A stretch of 63,589 nucleotides of DNA, counting the filler, from Perkinsus chesapeaki ATCC PRA-425 (lineage: Eukaryota > Protista > Perkinsozoa), in NCBI GenBank assembly GCA_013115145.1. It is 11 parts of 11 records of this genome, joined end to end, with 100 filler letters (N's around TTAATTAATTAA, not from the genome) between each part and the next. Parts side by side here need not be neighbours in the genome. Positions count along the whole stretch, not along the records: positions 1 to 21,087 come from JAAPAO010000603.1; 10 more parts are not named here. One strand, 5' to 3'. This document shows positions 1-13,500 of the stretch, piece after piece. A model generated the notes under the pieces. The model saw nothing but the letters and a program-made list of their open reading frames with translations, was not told where the DNA came from and ran no database searches. Numbering within the stretch: position 1 is the first letter of the stretch; each line of letters opens with the position of its first letter. Both the position numbers and the translations under genes were made by a program.

Positions 1-7
1 AACAGCT

Positions 8-1799
8 TTAGCTCAGATTTTCCGGGATTGCTTGTAATATACTTCTTTGCTTGGGTTTGACCATCCACACGATAGTTTTACCAACGCCTGTCATATTGGA
101 CGTCCCGAGAAGTCGGAACATTCCCTTAAGAGCTACACTGACATCCTCTTGACTCTGCCCGGCAACTCCGATCGACTCCCGGATAAGCGTTCTTACTAAT
201 CCTCTTCCACAACGTCCTGCTAATACCTCCTGCGAGTTTCCGACCCGCAGCTCCAGCGGGGAATCCGTGAATAACGGCATACGATACATCATTCATGAGA
301 TTTTCTCTTCGTTCTTGGCCCAACCGACACGTCATCTTCCCCGATATTGATACATCGACTTCGATACCTAGGATAGTAGCCCCTCCTGCGGGAGGGCAGT
401 CTTTGGCAATCTTGAGCCTACATCCCACCAGTCGATTTAGCGCCCCAAAGGCTTCGAACGAGCTTTGGGAGGTCTTGGAGGATTCGACGCAGTAATAGTC
501 ATCTAGATAGCTTTGCATGGGGCAGGCTAACAATGTCCTTGCAATATGAGATAGCATCATACTCAGTCTGAGATAACCAGTGACTGATGATACGGCCCCA
601 AAGGGGAACACCGTGTGGACGAAAGCCTTCCGCTTCCCGTCACTTGTGTCTCGTAAGACGATGGTACTGTATCGGCGTTGATCCGCTCGTAGCGGTACTT
701 GCCGGCACGCATCTTCGTGATCCCGTTTCCACACAGCTAACCCAACGGGGTGGGGGCTTGCCTCCCACAGCTCATTTACCGACGCGAACAGGGTGTCCAA
801 CTCGGGCAGTTTAACTTTATGTTGGACGAACATTGTCTGATTAACTCGGCTCGACCGATAATTGTCACACGGGCGACGTTTCCCAGGCTGCTCCACGATG
901 TGACGCTCCGTTAAGCCGAATCCCTCCCACGTTCCAACTTCAGCGAGCCCGACTGGCCCAATAAGACGCCCTTTCGCAACGTCAGCCATAGCTTGCGTCC
1001 ACAGGTCCTCATCGTCGGCAGTGATTTCTTGTACTTCATCCCTCATTCTCGATAGACGCTTGATGGACTGCCGCTCGAGTTCCTCATTAAACCGCTGGCG
1101 TGTGCCGTCTTTCACGGGATTGTTCAGTAACGGGAATATTCCAGGCGCATGTATATCACCGTTGAATGACAACCCGCCGTTGTCACGTAGCTCCTCGACC
1201 ATGCCTACATCCGGATAATCTGTGATCTTTCCTAGATAATACAGCAGAGGTAGATTCAGCTCCCTGCAGCTTCCGGGCAGCCTCTTCGCCCAGTCCTTCT
1301 TGAGCGGTTCTAACGTGGCCGCAATCTCTTCCAGTTGACTTATGACATCCTGTCTTCGGCCATTTAGCTGTTCTCCCTTTGTGGCAGCGGCTTTAATTGG
1401 CACAGATAGTGTAGTCGGCAAATCTGTCTTCCCGGAATCCCTATAGTTCATACTTCGACTATGGGCCATGTGCTCAACGGGCGTACAGGATTCGGGTATT
1501 ACATATTCTTCTGCCGATGACGTGCGATACTGCTTGCCACTACGATAGTAGTGGACATCACTAGAATCTTGGCGGTAACCGCTTAACAACTCCAGCTTCT
1601 TCACCAATACTGTTCCCACTTTCACGAGTCCATCACGATGATGTTCACTCTCATTTGGCGGCTCACTTTTCGGTGGCAGGCCTCTTGAGCTTTGATGGCT
1701 GGTACGTTGTTTCCTTCCACGCTTACCGCGGCGGCGTGCTCTGATTCCAAGCTTGGGGGCACTTTCTTTACCAGGCTCGTGACACTTGTTTCTCACCAT
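8..1799 (-). mobile_element. DIRS-type (YR retrotransposon) reverse transcriptase, frameshifted near the 3' end
   Basis: ORF 126-1799 has the RT core MQSYLDDYY, 'RRPCDNYRSSRVN', 'WKRDHEDACRQVP' and 'HTVFPFGAVSSVTGYLR'. After KLAG the homologous 'QEVLAGRCGRGLVRTL' continues in another frame (ORF 8-292), indicating a small deletion. Confidence 0.85.
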
Positions 1800-2084
1800 T
1801 CGGACGCACTTGTTACCATAAATCGTTCTTCTCCACGGGTCTCACGTGACATCGCCACTTTACAAGTACGGTGACCAGTGGAATTGTCTACCTTAGACAG
1901 TATCCGCAGTCACGGCGTGGCCGCCACGCAGCCTGAGCTCTTCAGATGCTGTTTGATTTGTTGGAGTTCCCAGTCGAGATTATTCTCCTCACTTTCTCGT
2001 TGGTTTTATTATTCGTTCCCTATACCAGATCACAATGACTTCTTTCCCAGCTGGTTCGTCTTTGGCTAGTCACGGTCGTGCAAG

Positions 2085-3062
2085 TTGCTCTTCAAGCGCC
2101 GGCGTAACTTTGTCATTGGACAAACACTCCACTACCCGTCATTGACGGGCCGTCAACCGGGGGAAGGTGGCGAGAGCGACGACATAGAGCAGGCCTTGTC
2201 TCCTAGAACTACGGATGCCTTGAGGTTGCTCGGGGCCTCCCAGGTCACGATTGAAGCAATCGAGCAAGCTTTGCGCAGGGCTAACATACTAACGGACAAT
2301 CTCATCTCTAGGATTCGCCAACCTGACGCCGACTCTTTGCTTCCTGGGTCTCGCAATGTGGGGGCTCGACTGCTCCTTGTTGCTTTGGCGAAAGAACTGC
2401 GTCCAGGTCCTTTGCTCCCGGATCTCACATCTTCAACCGGAGGGGCGATCTCCGCGGCTTTCGATATGTCGACAGCTCTACACTCGCGTGGCTTGGTGGG
2501 CTTAGACCCGCAACTATTACCTAGTTCGACCATTCTGGATACCTTGCTTCGCGGTAAATCTAACATATGTGTTATTCTACTAGAATCTCCTATGCACCAC
2601 TTTATTGACATGCACGATCGGCCTACTTTGGCGAGTATCTCTACACGTGCTGATAAGCCAAAAACTAATGATCTCCAGACTAACTATCTTCGCCTAGGTG
2701 AATTTTCAGCTGCGTTGATGTGCTGGTCTTGCACAGCCGCCCTGTTAACGGACATCAAGTACTCGTCTATCTTCAATCACGTGGCTGCATGCTTAAGATA
2801 TGCTGATATATACGGTTCGTTAACTGCGCAGGCTTATGATAAAGCGCGTAGACGGGGTGCTGCGATGCAGCTAAGAGCAGGTTCTTCTGCTGATGGTCCT
2901 GTTCTACTTCGTGCCGACGGAACTCTGGCTTCTGAATGCCGCAACTCCATTGATCATGCCCTCGCTCAGAGATCTACTACAAAAACTACTGCCCCACGTG
3001 ATGGAAGCCGGCTAGCTCAACCTAAGGCGGGATCCTTTCGGTCGTTCCCGTACTCTCACTAA
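2085..3062 (+). mobile_element. Gag-like ORF of a DIRS-type element, opposite strand to the neighbouring RT and YR
   Basis: Intronless 325-aa ORF with 'FSAALMCWS...HVAACLRYADIYGSLTAQAYDKARR', resembling the W..Y...YD..R pattern of DIRS gag proteins. Recognised by eye only. Confidence 0.5.
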
Positions 3063-3126
3063 AGGTCTCCTAAAGGCCCTGAGACTAAATCCCCCGGTCA
3101 CGGGAAAGATAAGCAACACGGGTCTT

Positions 3127-3158
3127 CTACTACTACTACTACTACTACAACTACTACT
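3127..3158. repeat. (CTA)n microsatellite
   Basis: ctactactactactactactacaactactact. Confidence 0.9.
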
Positions 3159-3611
3159 GGTAAATCGTAGGTCGGTTTATGGCATAAACTTTCTGTTACA
3201 GTCATACATGTATCATACACTTATCGTCCCCCCCCCTACCTACTCATCCCATAAAACTTAGAACTTGCAACGAAGCTCGTTGAGCGAGCTGCCTCCCCAG
3301 CAGGGCTTTGCTCAGATTATCTTGTCACAAGGTTCACAGTATCTGCTCTTCGTTCTAGCGTGGTGTTCATTCTAGTGATATAGGGACTGCGCACTGCGTC
3401 CGACTTGCTCCACACTTACGATCGCAATTGGAGGCATACAATGTACGTCATGCATTCTCTGATGTGTCGTGGGTTGGTACTTCCGATCTACGTGAGATGC
3501 AAAAGGCACCACTGTCCCCTACATCACCGTAACGCAACACCGTAAATGCAATGCAAAGCCATCTGAAGACTTATACTTGGGTATGTTCTTCACTTTGCGT
3601 TTGGACCGGGG

Positions 3612-4082
3612 TTACTCCTCGTCCGAATCGTCGATCATCATCTCCACTATTTTAACCTCATTTAACCTAGGGGTTTTCTTCATGTATGTAGTGAAAGCAT
3701 TCGATTTCCACCCCCCCCCCCCAGCCTCTAGTATTATTCCCACTGAACAGCCATGCTTTACCAAATCTTGTACGTGATCCCGTCGAAAGCAGTGGCTACT
3801 ATACTGTGTGGCTTCCATCACTCCTACAGGTCCACTCATATGCGCCTGCAGCCTTTCGTGAAACTCACCTGCCGACATGGTGGTAATACGTTGCTGCAGC
3901 GAGCCCATCCGGTTCATAAACCACATGGCGGCACGATGGGGACAGGTCGAGGCATGCTCTACACAGGTACATAGACGATGTAGCCATTGCCCTCTCGGCC
4001 AATTTTTCCTTCTACGAAGGAAAATAGGGATGTCCAGCTCGTGACATGGTTGATAATATCTTATTGATATTACCTGCATCAT
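3612..4082 (-). mobile_element. Tyrosine recombinase C-terminal fragment (DIRS-type), 5'-truncated
   Basis: 'YSSHCFRR' (H-x-x-R) and 'GGWKSNAFTTY' (catalytic Tyr). Shares RKNxPxGxxLxRxCxC..CPH with the YR at 56669-57555. Confidence 0.8.
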
Positions 4083-4546
4083 TCAGTCCGAGCTGTTCGC
4101 TTTCCGTGATACGAGCTCACCTTCCCATTGTCTTGAGTAGCTAGTTCGCGGACGAACAGTCAGGATTTTACTCGTGCTTTTTGCTTAGCTTTGCGATAGT
4201 CCGTATACGCATGCGCAACTAAAGAGCAGCGCTTAACCGCGTGACGTTTGAACTCTGCGTCAATGGCATCGATGATTGCCCTGTGTCGGTGCATTGAGAG
4301 GCTTGTCGCAGACAAAGTTGAGAAGCTATTTCATCCTCGGTTATAAGGTCAGCTCCTCATTACACTTATTTTAGACGCCGAATTGGGATCGCAGGTTATA
4401 GTTCTGAGTGGCCGCCGACGAGAAGCCGATAAGCCTTATTCTCGTGGCCACTTCTTCGCGTGCATCGATATCAGGTGTCTATGTATGACTATTAACTCAG
4501 TGCAGGCGGCATGTTAGAAACGGATTCTACGACAATCGATTAATGC

Positions 4547-7500
4547 TCAGTCCAGCTCTTCGTCCAACTCGATGTTGTGTTCCTTACAGAACGCGTGTAT
4601 TTCTGCCTTCAGTTCGGGAAGGGGTTCTAAATCCTCCACTCTGAGAACATTACCAATCGACACAATAACAGGACTGTCCGAAGGGAGGAGTATTCGAGGT
4701 AGTTCGAGACGTTGATGCTCTTACTTCAGTGGCTCTCGAGTGAAAGGATCATGATCATCAGATAAGATAATACGAACCTATCCACATTGACTGAAAATCC
4801 CAAAGCCTAGCTTCAACCTACGATATGCCGTCTATCCATAATTTGCCCAGAGCCTGGTAGTTTCACTGGATCTATCATAACCTCGGCCATAATGGGATCC
4901 AAATAATTATCAGGAATCTGCAAAGAATATGGCGGAGCGAAGCATAACTCGCATTTTTACTTCCACATTGTCCATCGCTTCCTCACGCTTGGACGCTGTC
5001 TCATTGAGATGCTTGACGAACGCCTCGAATTCTTTGAACTCATCACCGACCAAGAGACGCTCTCGTCGTAAGATGGTGACAGCCTAATTCAGAAAAGCAT
5101 GCATTGCTCATTGAAGAGCCTAGTTGATGGCTGTAGTAAGTAATCTCACTTTGTTGAATGTCTGAGGGCTATAGTATCGCTGATCATCCGCCACAATACG
5201 GCTTATCTTCTCAGTACCTCCGCCTCGGGCAAGATACACGTACCTATTCCAGGAAAATGCCGCTACCGGGAATCGAACCTGGCACCCACATTTCGGCCAA
5301 TTTTCTCAGCAAATCCTTCGGATCGAAATTGTACCTTCAACAAGGAATCTTTTTCGACCTAGAGGTGCAAGCTTGAAGCTCACTCGTTAAAGTCGTAGCT
5401 TTTCCCCTTCAGCTCCAGACACTTGGGGCCAACAAGACGATCTATGCAAGGATCAAGGCAAGACGTTAGCATTTGCTCCAAAACGACCTATAACAGCTAG
5501 AGGTGTCAGAAACTTGGAGGGGAGCTCACCCGATCATCGAGAATGACATTAGCTGCTTCCTTGCACATAGCATGTAGCGTGCTGACAGTCTGGTGCCCCA
5601 TACTCATATACTGTTTGCAATGAGCCTTGGCGTCTGTTCGAGACCTCCGATACCTATCAGGCACAAGTTCGATCCCGGCACCTGATATTATACCCACATA
5701 TCTTGTCCGTTGACTTCATCTTCATCATCGATCGCTCTCTCGACTGAATGAATGAAAATGACTAAGAAGAGGATCCACGAAATTACCTCCGAGACCGGCG
5801 GTGCCTTCCATTGGTTCATCACTGCTCCCGGCTGCTTGATCTGATGACGAAAAAGTAGCTTATCTGAGCGGAGCGAAGCTGGAGAATGTCTTACGTGCTT
5901 CGTGCTTCCTTATGGCAGTTAACGAATCCAATCCCTGAAAGATGATACGTTAAATAACAATCGATGGGTTTGATTGGGAGTGCGCTTATATCCGCAAGTG
6001 TGCTATCACATATTAGAATATACCCTCGGCGGGATTCGAACCCGAGACCTCCTCGCATACCTCGTCCAGAAGGTAGGTCGTATCGTTCAATAACTGGTTG
6101 ACGAATTTGCAGAACTCTTCAGGTTGCTCAACGGCAAAAGCTTGAAGCTGAGCGCGGTGCTTCGGTAAAGGCAAGACCTTGGAAAAAATCGAATTCCAGC
6201 CAACATCTTAAAACACTGCCAGTAACAGTGTAGAAATCACCCACTTGTTCGAAAAGTTTCTGTATCGGTATCCTCAGCTCAAACTTGACATGCATTCTGA
6301 TATCGTAATAAGATTGCTTCGTCTTCTCCACCGCCGTGAAGACTCTGAACATAACCACAGTGCCTAGCTGCGAATATAAGACATACCTGATGCAAGCCGG
6401 CACGATGTTTCTAACACAGAAATCGGCGTTCTCGATCTGTCGGGCAAACCGAGGCTGCTTCGAAAGAGACTTGAGAACCTGAGCTTCGACGGTGTCAAAT
6501 AGGCCCTACGTAAATTACAAAACGTGATATAATCTCTACAGGTACAGCGGCAGAACTGCTCTACACCTTCAATTATTTCCCATGGCAGACCCGACCTCAA
6601 TAATTTACTTACCGAAAATTCTGCGAAATTTTCTCAAAATTTCCTTCTCTTGAACATGGGATACCACACGGATCTATTCCCATTCCGAACGAGAGCGGCG
6701 CTATTAAATCGCGCAGGAAAATAAGGAGCCTTCACTACGTAATGAAGAACAACGGATATACTCCGCCGTGGGAAGTGGCAAACCCCGGAATGCCTCGATT
6801 GAGCGCTGCGATTTCCTCAAGAAATGACCCGTTCACGGCAGGTGGACAAATTCGCCGAAATCTCAGGAGAAGAAAGGAGGAAAAGTTTTTCTTGACATCA
6901 CAAAAATTCCCCAGATATATTGCAAGCTTTTAATTTTTCACGTTTAGTAGACTACGATCATTCACACTAAGCTGCTCGGGAGTGCCTCTCTTACCTTGGC
7001 GGCTTGCCCTCTAACGGAGGGGTTCTTGCATTTCTCCGATCCCAACGTCCAGATCACAAATAGGAGAAGAAGGTCACAGTCGAGACCGTTGAAAATATCA
7101 CCTCGGTTACCGCGGTTCGTCTGCTCTACAATCTGCAGGGAAAATGCCTCTACCAGGAATCGAACCCGAGACCTCTTACTCGAGATGTGTTTCTATAGTA
7201 ATGCAACACGTCAACAATATCGTCGATAATGCAGGTCGGTAGAACCTGCCAACGGGGCAATCAAAAAATCGAACAGCGGAGCGAAGCTCACCGCCATATC
7301 GTCCGAAAGCTCTATGCTGGAATCATCCATAATATTCAACGAATACACTCCTTGGGGCACCCCACCTGAACATATACATGCACGCACCGCCACCCAGCAT
7401 GTTATCAACAAGCGTTGCTCTCGTAGCAACAATTAGAGAGTCTTAGAGCCTCATAAAATGCTCCCATTACGAAAGATATTTCTCAGGTTACTGTGGGTAT

Positions 7501-10500
7501 TCTGCATCCCGACTGAATGCTTACTGGGAGTTGGCTTAGTCTTGTCTGGCACGCTGTCGGGGATGACCTTTATGAGAAATAAAGACATCATCAGATTTAT
7601 GCAGTGTGCAAGCGAATCCACGAATCTGAAAAGTGGAAGGCAAATCGTAAACTCACTGTAATGACAACTCTTGCATTGAGGAATTGCGAGATGTTCCAAG
7701 ATTCCAAGATTTATTCTTACCTAGGAGAGTCCACCACAGAATCGTAGCAGTGGTATTCGCCATATCCATCGGCCATAACTAAGAAAAATACACATTTTTC
7801 GCTGCGCCACAAAATTCTTCCAGCAAACTTACGATCCATCTTCTGTTTCTGGTGGAACACAGACGCTGCCATGAGCATGGTCTCGGCCTCCTTGAGCGCT
7901 GGACAGACGAAAATATGGAGGGCTTGCACCGCTTGCCAGAAAATCTGACCAAAGGGAGGGCTTGAATACGTCACGCGATTAACGAGTTTGGAACTATCGC
8001 ACTGGGGAAAAATCGCACCCCAAATTCCGAGCTTCACCGTTAGCATATTTAAAGAGTGTATGCGATAACTAATATGTGGCTTAGTAATCATATAGGAGAG
8101 CCAATCGGTGACTGAGCATCGCAAAGGGAGCCTCCGATGCACGGCGAACGTAAAAACCCTAGGCGAATGGAACCACAGTTGGCCTCTGTCGCCGCACTTT
8201 TTCAGCCGGGCTCTGCAATTCCCTCACCGAATCGCTATAGAAAGTATTCTCCAAGATCAGAACTTTTCAAAAGGAATGTTCATAATCCTGGCGTGGAACT
8301 GGCTCTAACATATACCCCACCTGCGACACGAACTTAGGAGACCGATTCGGATCCGGTTTGGGAATTCTAGCAATCGTGTCAGCATCACCCATCTTAGCTT
8401 CACTCTGCAGAATGCCCATTATCTGAAGAGAAAAAGAAATAGACAGATTGACAAGGTCGTACGAAGTAACATCGGCATCGATGCGAAACATTAGAGAGTA
8501 CACTCTCACGTCCCAGAGATTGCCTGTACAAGTTGAGGCGGGAAATATCCAGAACGAACAGCTAGGAGGAGAAAAATTCACTGTAATATCGTCCAGGTTT
8601 TGGGAGTGATGTTGAGTTATTAACCTTACGAAAAAAAGTTAGAGACATGTTGATATTGAGTTTCGAAAAGTCACGCACTTTTCATCGCCGATGAAGATGA
8701 CATGTGATGCTCTCCCTGGAAAGCATGCGCCGGTGATGGTACACTAAAGAAAAATGATGAATATGTTTATGTTATTTCCACAATGGATTTTAATGCATAC
8801 TTTCAGCCATGGCTACACCGACCAATCAACCCTTCACGCATCTTACCGTCTTAACCTCAGGATTCTCCGAAATCATCATACTGCAATCAATGTTAGCGCT
8901 TTGCTCCAACTTGATCGGCAGACAGAGCTCGAATATAACCCACGCTGCATTCAAACCACACCCTGTTGAAATAACCTAAAAAGAATCTTTGCAGGCATGT
9001 CGTCCGCCCATGTGCCTCACCCCTTTGATCTTGGTCAGCATTCCCTGTGATAACATGCGGAACCGTTCGAGATTACCATCTGAAAAGCACAAGCTTGAAG
9101 CACCGACGCATGGCGGGAAAATCCGTATCCCCTAACTAATTCCAGAAACGAAGGTCGCTCTGGGCGGGAAAGCGCCTCAAGCCGTTTTCGACTGTCTGAG
9201 TGTCGAGAGTGCAATCTAGGCGAACACTCGATTTCTGATTAGACGTTGTAAGGATTAGACTAGATTAATCTTTCGAGATTAGCATCGCGCGGAAGGTAAG
9301 TGAGTTTCAGACAGTAACAGGTGAAACTGTGACGAAGAGACAGCGGAATTGAAATGAAGACCGTAGGATTTAGTATAATCGCAAGGACTCACGTAGCTGG
9401 CTTGTGGCATCCAGAAGCTGATCTGCCAGTGCTGCTCCATTGGGAGAGTTCTGATTCTGCCAACCCATTGTGGCACGCTGGGCTGAATTAGTAAGAGCAG
9501 ATGCGAACCAGAAAAGCACCTGACACAATCAACGACTATTGTCCTAAATTATAGTTACAGATTTTGAAGGGAAAGAACGGAATATTACAAATGACATATT
9601 GATATAATGTGATCATGAATGAACTACGATAATGAGTTATAACATAATTATTATAATAACGAAGTTAAAGCTACAAAATTTTCCGACGGTCTTTTTTACG
9701 ACTTTCCTCATAGCAAGTAAGATCCTGAAAGTCCCACGCAATGAAATGAAGACTCGGGGCATTCTGTGGAGGGCCTCTGGTCGAGGTGGAAAATAAGGTG
9801 ACAACCCTACTTACTTTCACCCGCGTCTTTTCATTAGCACGGAGAGCCGGCTGGATGAGTTGCAAAGTTTGGTCGATCACAGCCGTTTGCTGAGCACGGA
9901 CCTGAAGGGGGGGAAGACCGTACTTGTGAACTTATAGGTATCCGACAAGACGCGTAGGACGGCAGCCAGCCAAAGACGATTCACAACGAACCCCTAAGGA
10001 GTTCCCCCTACCGTGTTTATCATTTGTCCGAGCCCTGCCAAGGACATTCTTGAGATATTAAAATTCTGTCGCTTCACAGACTTCGGTAACTAAGAAGGAA
10101 ATGACAATGCCAATGTTTAGCGTTCGAACGCCGAAACCGTTCTGAAAAAAAGCCGAGCTATGAAGCAGCGGCAGCAGCCATTGGTATCACAGGTGAAATC
10201 AAGCAGTATCAACAACCCACCACGCTTTTGCTGAACAGATATTTTATACTCGCCGACCCGAACGCACCTCTTGAGGATCTAACAAGTTATGATCGATCGA
10301 GCTCGGTGACAGCATTTTCCCAAGTATAGTTGTCTCTTGTAGATGGAACCTAGAAATAGAGAGGCTTGTGTTCAATTCCGACCTACCAAGAACACTAGGG
10401 CACCCCTAGTAGGGGTCGCAAAATCCCCAGAAGTGACCTTAGCGAAATACAAACCCAAATTCCCAGAGTTCCGAATGGGATACAGCTCATGCGACGATCT

Positions 10501-13500
10501 TACGCGTTCTTATTCTGCGGCGGTCTCCTATCGTTCGGCATCCGCGGGGCTGGTGGCGGTTCTGTGTACCAAACTGGCAGAGACGTCTGACAAGCAACAT
10601 ATGTAGTAGTATAGATTACTAGTATCATTTTAATGATACCCGATTCCGAATTTTTAGCAAATTTAAAAATGAATACCCAGTCCGGCTTTATGACAATGTG
10701 CGGTTTTCAAGATCGGGCAGCAACAAATAAGTCGCGAGACAGCACAAGCGACAGTAGCTTATCCAGAAACGCAAAGTGAAATGGTATGGTCTCGTGTCGA
10801 AGTAGTCAGGGTATTGGCAATAGTATGTTAACATCATTCAGAACGACTCATTCTATATGTAGAACAATATCATTCCAAGTAATCTGATAACGGTGTCTTA
10901 ACTTCGAACTTACGCCAAGTCGATTTCGAATAGTCAGAAATAGCAGAATAGTAGCAGAAATCAGGCAAGTCCTGTATATTTCTGAGCCGTGCAATACCGC
11001 ATAACAGACCGATTACTCTGAGTTACACTGGCACGCATCAGGGAATACCTCACACAGTGCGTATTATTCCCTTATTTGCTCAATAACATGCCAGTACATA
11101 TAGTGCTACGAATTCAAAGAAACACAGGCCAGGTGCCTAGTATGTATTCACAGAGCGATTGGAACTGATGAAATAACATCAACGTGTGAAGGCAAGCGGC
11201 CATTGCGGCCACTCCGCTACGACGCAGCTGAGCAATAGTGGCGGCCCGCCACTATTGCTCAGCTGCGTCATTTGGTTGACCGCCACGGCGGCCAACCAAA
11301 TGGGCACTGCACAAGCTTCCTTACTTGACACATAGTTCAAGTCGTAGTAGTAGAAGTAGTACTCCACCTACCAACGGCTGGATAACCAGTCGCCGTTAAG
11401 TGCTGTTTAGGCAGTCGCCTTAGTCAAGACGGCGGAGCGGTAGTGTTGAAGGCATGAGGCGTGTCGGTCGTACATTCAACGGCTTGCTCGCTACATTCAT
11501 GAAATAGAATGACACCTCGAACTACTCCGGGCAAACGAACTCTCTCGTGCGCACGCGCGCAAGTGGTTGGCCGTCAGCATTAGGCAAGCGCCAGTCCGTG
11601 GCGACCGTGCGACTGGTGGGGAACACATACGGTGCTTTTGAGGCTCTTCAGAACAGGCGTTCATAATAAGCGATGAACGTCTACCCAGGATACGCGGAAG
11701 GTTGCGAACGTTTCCACGCAGTGCGGCGGTTGATCGCGTCTCCTATAGATAGCTTTGCAAACACTTAGCTGAGAAACGCTGCAAACTTACACAGTGCAAG
11801 TTAGGTTCTCTGATAATAGCTGTAGTGCCCACATATCGTCAACCGAGCTCATCACCACGATTCACTCGCGTTATAGATTTCACGCTATCGATGTCCAAAA
11901 TTGAGCATTGTGGAGAGCAACTGGTGCTCCTAGGAAGGCCCTCTGAGAACCTTCTGGACCGTCCTCACTTAGGATGAATACAATTACATTTTGATACCAG
12001 GAAAGGTGCATTATGCATGCCTGTGGAGGTCTTGTCGGTTGTGAGCTCGACATGATAGTAGAGAGAGGGATAAGGTAGAGAACGGAGCGGACAGCTTAGC
12101 AAAGCTAAGAATCTGCACGCGTGCGCAATGTGCGGGGCTCCATGGCGAGTAGCACATAATGACGTATACTACAACAATGCCCGAAGTGCAGCATATGATA
12201 AATTACACGTGAATGTGGGAGATGCAACCTCCCTTGTTGCTTCAGTCCGCCACGCCCTAACTCTTACCACTAACTCAGTAATCACTTTTTGCTGCTTCAT
12301 CAACAACCCCAATTTGGCAGCCTCCGGGACCTGCAATAGATCCGCGCAAACCAGTCAGTTGAATTCTTACTGCAGCACACTGGTGAAGACCATGACCTCT
12401 GTCGTGTACGATTTTCTGAGTCCAGCTCCCAATCACAGGCAAAATGAGTGGAGTTAAAACCTGACAATACACATTAAAGTTTAGCTACGCTTGAGAACAC
12501 AATTTATGAAATTTTTCAGGGGTCCATGATGGGAAGGCACCTCGCTTTTTCCAGGTACAAGAAATCGACTATACTACCCTACAAGCGATCCATAGTTCAT
12601 TGAATATATTTACCAATCATGAACAAACACCTACCTCAAGTCCACCACTTTCGTGAACCTCGGTGACAAGCTTTACTAGGAGTGTCATTGGCATCTGCCC
12701 GAGGTTAACCTGAACATAGACCAAAGGTGAGCTTTGATTATCATACCGCCGCTTTCAGACAACGAAGGCTACAGTTTTGCCACTCATGCACGCAGTTTGA
12801 AACCAACACAGCACTATGAGCTTTCCTAACGCGTAGGTGATGCCGTTGCGATCGACTTACGAATTGGGCCAATTCCGCGCCGCTGACGTAGAGCTCACAT
12901 GGCGATCTGCCAAACAGCTCTGGGCACTGCAAGACCATAGACAGATATCTAATGTGGCACTCTCGAAGCGGTTTTATCTGACCAATAAACTCAGAATCGA
13001 ACGCACGAACTTAGGGAGGCTGAAATTGGCCTACGTTTCCCCACTTACAGCTGCTTCGTGTATCTGATTCTGAAGATCTCCCCGATACGAGCGGTTTGCT
13101 TCATCTTCAATTCTATTATAAACTTCAATCATATATGACAACTGTGCGTTGAGAGTGCCCAACTGACTCAACCGTGCCACAAAAACTTCATCCAGCTGAG
13201 AACAAATCGGTATCGGTTCGCACTTCGCGTCAAATACTTAGACCGATTATAGTGAAAGGTATCTTCTGAAGAGCAGTGTTGAAAGTGTTATTTCAGCCGC
13301 TGAAATTCAGCATAAGTATTCCACTAGAATCCTTGAGGTCTCCTGTCTACGTTGGTGAGAAAACTTCTCGAAAAAAAAGAAATGCGAAATTTCGCGTCTT
13401 CCGGCGAGAGAGTCCATTTTTAGAATGATTCGGAGCAGAACTATAAGGAAGCAAAACTCATTTGTCAACACTACAGTAGTGAGGGTTCCCTAGCAGAGCT

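Noticed and set aside
3711-3722. Poly-C tract giving GGGGW in the YR
   Set aside because: Probably homopolymer slippage or sequencing error in a truncated element.
5244-7179. Split or permuted tRNA genes
   Set aside because: No complementary 5' halves (A box, acceptor 5' strand) were found on either side, and the fragments coincide with intron boundaries.
9760-9798. HSVEGLWSRWK resembling the Merlin/IS1016 transposase C-terminal motif
   Set aside because: Too short, flanked by stops, and no TIRs or other catalytic motifs were found.
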